Of a DNA stretch of 64,000 nucleotides, positions 60,810 through 64,000 are shown piece after piece (positions within the stretch are counted from its first letter, which is position 1; every line of letters begins with the position of its first letter). This stretch comes from an uncultured virus (IMG/VR IMGVR_UViG_3300031787_008607) (lineage: Duplodnaviria; Heunggongvirae; Uroviricota; Caudoviricetes). Under the pieces are notes generated by a model. That model ran no database searches. It saw only the letters and a program-made list of their open reading frames with translations, and was not told the origin of the DNA. The DNA lies in IMG/VR virus record IMGVR_UViG_3300031787_008607, positions 1-64,000 of that record; one strand, written 5' to 3'. Position numbers and translations under genes: made by a program.

Positions 60810-61281
60810 ACCATTCAGGTGTATTTCTATTTTTCCATTTAGCAAAATCTTTTTTAGCTCCATTATAGTAGTTTCTATATGATTCTATAACGTCTGTGAC
60901 TTTATATTCATCAGGCATTGCTTTTGGTGGTTCTGTAAAACCTTTGTCACAAATATTTAACTTATTTGTAACACACCATTCAATTACATCTTGAGATTTA
61001 TGACGTTTCCCATATCTATAAGTGTATTCTTTACACAACTCAAGTCCTAAGTCACAAAGATAAAGATAGTTGGAAAGTGATTCACGAGTCCAAATAGCAC
61101 AAGGATGATTTTTGTGTGATAACTTGTACGGTACTTGGTCGGTACTTGGTCGGTACTTGGTGGGTACTTGGTGGGCACCACACAAAAGTTGGGCAGTTTC
61201 CAATATCATCTTAACTACATGTTTATCACAATGATATTCTGCACATTTTTTAGTATCCCAATCCAAAAAGAAGATATTCAT
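60745..61281 (-). CDS. Pyrimidine-dimer DNA glycosylase-like (DenV-related) protein
   Basis: MNIFFLD...HCDKHVVKMILETAQLL...HKNHPC..W...EYTYRYGKRH. Confidence 0.75.
   Translation of the reverse strand: MNIFFLDWDTKKCAEYHCDKHVVKMILETAQLLCGAHQVPTKYRPSTDQVPYKLSHKNHPCAIWTRESLSNYLYLCDLGLELCKEYTYRYGKRHKSQDVIEWCVTNKLNICDKGFTEPPKAMPDEYKVTDVIESYRNYYNGAKKDFAKWKNRNTPEWFIHSSIVASEQPIVPVASEVL
61130..61173. repeat. 4 x 11-bp tandem repeat GGTACTTGGT(C/G) inside CDS
   Basis: Read directly. Confidence 0.85.
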
Positions 61282-61345
61282 AATGCTAATATAAACAAAA
61301 AATCCCACAATGAGTGGGATGTTTTGAAAAATAAATGAAATTGTA

Positions 61346-61771
61346 TTAATTTACTGACACAACTTCTAAATCAAAGATAAGTTTCTTACCCGCTAATGGA
61401 TGGTTCATATCCAAAACGACTGTTTCTTCTTTAATTTCTTTAACTACAACGTTAACAGGGCCAAATTGGTTTTGTCCTTGTAACATATCCCCAGCTTTAA
61501 CACCTTCAGGGACTTGGGTTAGTAACACTTCACTAACAAGTTGAGGATTAATATCTCCGTAAGCATTTTCTGGCTCAATTTCAATTGTTTTCATTTCGCC
61601 AATAGTCATATCAATTAATCCATTTTCAAAACCTGGAATTAACTGTCCTTGACCTAAAGTTACTGTCAGAGGTTCTCTACCCTCAGCTAAAGATGTGTCG
61701 AATACTGTACCATCTTCTAATTTACCTGTATAATGAACAGATACATTATCACCGTTTTTAATTTTACTCAT
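61346..61771 (-). CDS. FKBP-type peptidyl-prolyl isomerase (SlyD/FkpB-like)
   Basis: VHYTGKLEDGTVFD, LIPGFE, DMNHPLAGKKL.F. Confidence 0.93.
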   Translation of the reverse strand: MSKIKNGDNVSVHYTGKLEDGTVFDTSLAEGREPLTVTLGQGQLIPGFENGLIDMTIGEMKTIEIEPENAYGDINPQLVSEVLLTQVPEGVKAGDMLQGQNQFGPVNVVVKEIKEETVVLDMNHPLAGKKLIFDLEVVSVN

Positions 61772-61855
61772 GTACAATTATATTATTTTTTTTTGATATA
61801 AAAAAGTGTAAAAGTTAATTTTCTTTGTATTTATATAGATAAAAAAGAATTTTTT

Positions 61856-62431
61856 ATGAAAAAAGAAAAAGTTATTAGATTAACAGAAAATGAACTTATT
61901 AATTTAATTAAAAAAGTTATAAAAGAAAACGATGATTTAACTGCAAAAACACCTGAACAATTTCGTAAGGAAGTATCAGGTCTTACAGGTTCTGAAGTTC
62001 TTATGTTTAATGCTTATGGTTTAAACAAATATACAGGTGAAAGTGGGATGTTTAAAGGTAAAAGAACTTCTGAAAACTATAAAATAAAACAAGTTGGAAT
62101 AACAACGATTAATAATTTACCAACAGTTGAATTTACAGTCCAAGATATTACAGGTTCGGACGTTGAGGGTTATACAGGTACTTTTTTAAATAGAGATAAA
62201 AAAAGATATAGTGAACCTATTAAATTCAGATGGAATTGTAACTCGGCATTTGAAAAAGGATTAGGTGCTATTGGTGAACCTTTCAAAAGAAAAGGTGGAA
62301 TTAAAGAAGATTATCTAAATAACGATTTAGCAAAAGTAATTACATCAAGACCGTTTTGTACTTATAAAGGAACCCCTGATTATGTAGTACCAATTAAACC
62401 AAATGCATCATATAGAGGTGCTCCAAGATAA
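61856..62431 (+). CDS. LTE-leader hypothetical protein
   Basis: VIRLTENEL. Confidence 0.75.
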   Translation: MKKEKVIRLTENELINLIKKVIKENDDLTAKTPEQFRKEVSGLTGSEVLMFNAYGLNKYTGESGMFKGKRTSENYKIKQVGITTINNLPTVEFTVQDITGSDVEGYTGTFLNRDKKRYSEPIKFRWNCNSAFEKGLGAIGEPFKRKGGIKEDYLNNDLAKVITSRPFCTYKGTPDYVVPIKPNASYRGAPR

Positions 62432-62449
62432 AATAAAAAAAACAAAAAA

Positions 62450-62866
62450 ATGAAAAAAGTAGTAAGATTGTCAGAATCAGAATTAACTAACTTAATTAAA
62501 ACAGTAGTTAAAGAAACAAAAAGAAATAAAAAAAATGGAGTTAATGAAGCGGTTGAAAACTTCTTTAATCCTGAGGCTATGAGTACAGGTGGGGCGATTG
62601 CTACAATGGTTGGTACAACTATTGCACTTTTAGGTATAGCAGGATGGGATTATCTTAAGGATTTTTATCGTCATTTAAGAAAAACTGAAGGAAAAGAACA
62701 AGAGGCGATGGAACTTAAGTCTATCATCCAAGATTATGAAAGTAATAAAATGAATTCAGGTGAAGAAATGGATTCTGAAGTTGAAGTTGATAATATGGAT
62801 ATTGAAGATGAAGAACCAATGAAGCCAATGGCTGAAAATATCAGAAGAAAAACAAGAAGATATTAA
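62450..62866 (+). CDS. LSESEL-leader protein with TM segment
   Basis: Leader. Confidence 0.75.
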   Translation: MKKVVRLSESELTNLIKTVVKETKRNKKNGVNEAVENFFNPEAMSTGGAIATMVGTTIALLGIAGWDYLKDFYRHLRKTEGKEQEAMELKSIIQDYESNKMNSGEEMDSEVEVDNMDIEDEEPMKPMAENIRRKTRRY

Positions 62867-62884
62867 TTTAAAAAAAAAATAATG

Positions 62885-62910
62885 AAAAACTCCCGATTGG
62901 GAGTTTTTTT
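62885..62910 (+). terminator. Intrinsic terminator
   Basis: AAAAACTCCC/GGGAGTTTTT. Confidence 0.75.
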
Positions 62911-63142
62911 GTTTATATTTGTAGAACAATTAACACCGACACCACTATGAAAAACTTAAAACTAAAATTGACTTCAGCAATGTTCGCTCTTGTATTATCA
63001 GTTGTATTAATGGTTAGCTCACCATCATTACCTGTATTTGTTTTAAGTGTTGGTCTTATCCTATTACAGACAGCTTTGTGGGGTAAGTTGATGAAAGAGA
63101 TTAAAGAATAAAAAAATCCCCTCTAATGAGGGGATTTATGGT

Positions 63143-63967
63143 TTATACTGTTACTTCTTGTTGTAGTAGTTCGTAAGCTCTTGCTAAACGGGTCATCCCA
63201 ATCCCACCACCAAATCTTGGGAAGAAATCATGAGATAAGAATTCTTCTAATTCCTTCTCAACTCTTTCTTTTCCGAATAGTTCAAAAAGTTTTTCAGAAT
63301 ATTTTCCATTTTCTATTGTGTAGAAGTTATTTTTCATTTCTTCTACGTTAGAACTTCTTTCTGCGGAACCAATTGTTTCTTGTCCGTAAAGAATTACATC
63401 AACTTTGTTGAATATTTTGTTTTCACTTTCTCTCATGTTCCAAAATGGGTTTGTTCTGTATGGGAAATTTTGAAGTGAGACGACTGAACCTTTTTCTTCC
63501 CACATTCTTGTTTCGTGTTCGTTTTCTAAAATTGAAACTCCACCGTACTCTTCACATACATCATCGTAGTTAACTTCTACAGGTGAATCAAAACCTAAAT
63601 AATCTAAAAGTTCAGATTCAAGTTTTAACATTTCTTTCATTCCACCTTTTGATTCGAATTCAAACATTGGAAAAATCATTTCGTGACGACCTGGAATTGG
63701 GTCTTTTTCTTGTCTATAAGACGTTGAAATACAATAGACACCGTTCCATTCAGGATTCTTAAGAAGTTCGTATTCTAACCACATTTGACCCGTCTGTGGT
63801 AGTGGCCATACTTCTCCTTGATAATTGAATGTTGTTATTGAGTGTGGATTTTCACACGCCGCCAAGATTGATAATCTTGATTGAGTTGGAACTTCTTTAA
63901 AACCTTTGTTTTGGAAGAATGTTCTCATCTTTTGAACTAACTCGTTGTAAGTTTCTGTGTTTTTCAT
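63143..63967 (-). CDS. Class II Asp/Asn-tRNA-synthetase-like catalytic-domain protein without anticodon-binding domain
   Basis: LPQTGQ, SYRQE...RH...F.MFEFE, ETIGSAER, GGGIGMTRL; only 274 aa. Confidence 0.8.
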   Translation of the reverse strand: MKNTETYNELVQKMRTFFQNKGFKEVPTQSRLSILAACENPHSITTFNYQGEVWPLPQTGQMWLEYELLKNPEWNGVYCISTSYRQEKDPIPGRHEMIFPMFEFESKGGMKEMLKLESELLDYLGFDSPVEVNYDDVCEEYGGVSILENEHETRMWEEKGSVVSLQNFPYRTNPFWNMRESENKIFNKVDVILYGQETIGSAERSSNVEEMKNNFYTIENGKYSEKLFELFGKERVEKELEEFLSHDFFPRFGGGIGMTRLARAYELLQQEVTV

Positions 63968-64000
63968 TTTTTGTTTTTTTTTATTTTATTTATTAAAAGG

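Overview
AT-rich, gene-dense 64 kb segment of what is most likely a large (jumbo/huge) phage infecting Bacteroidota. The evidence is host-type TAnnTTTG promoters, DUF1573/DUF2452/DoxX-type genes, dozens of short paralogous ORFans, tRNAs, thyA and RNA ligase, with no ribosomal or other housekeeping operons. The standard genetic code is used. The window carries a tRNA(CAT); a tRNA-Leu(UAA) split by a group I intron encoding an HNH homing endonuclease; dnaK; a two-kinase/one-receiver two-component operon; an RNA-repair/phosphoesterase cluster; auxiliary metabolic genes (mgsA, rmlA, glnA type II, purA, thioesterase, AsnRS-like); three peptidoglycan-enzyme-like genes; an R-M pair; and about 30 small genes sharing one of three N-terminal leader peptides. 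The standout signal is four paralogous genes (39.5-41.7 kb and 46.3-47.1 kb) whose 3' halves are CRISPR-like arrays of a 36-bp repeat and unique 30-bp spacers. All 29 spacers are kept in frame and stop-free. The repeat edges are offset from codon boundaries, the repeats decay with polarity, and no cas gene is present in the window. All calls come from reading the sequence and motifs; no database searches were run.
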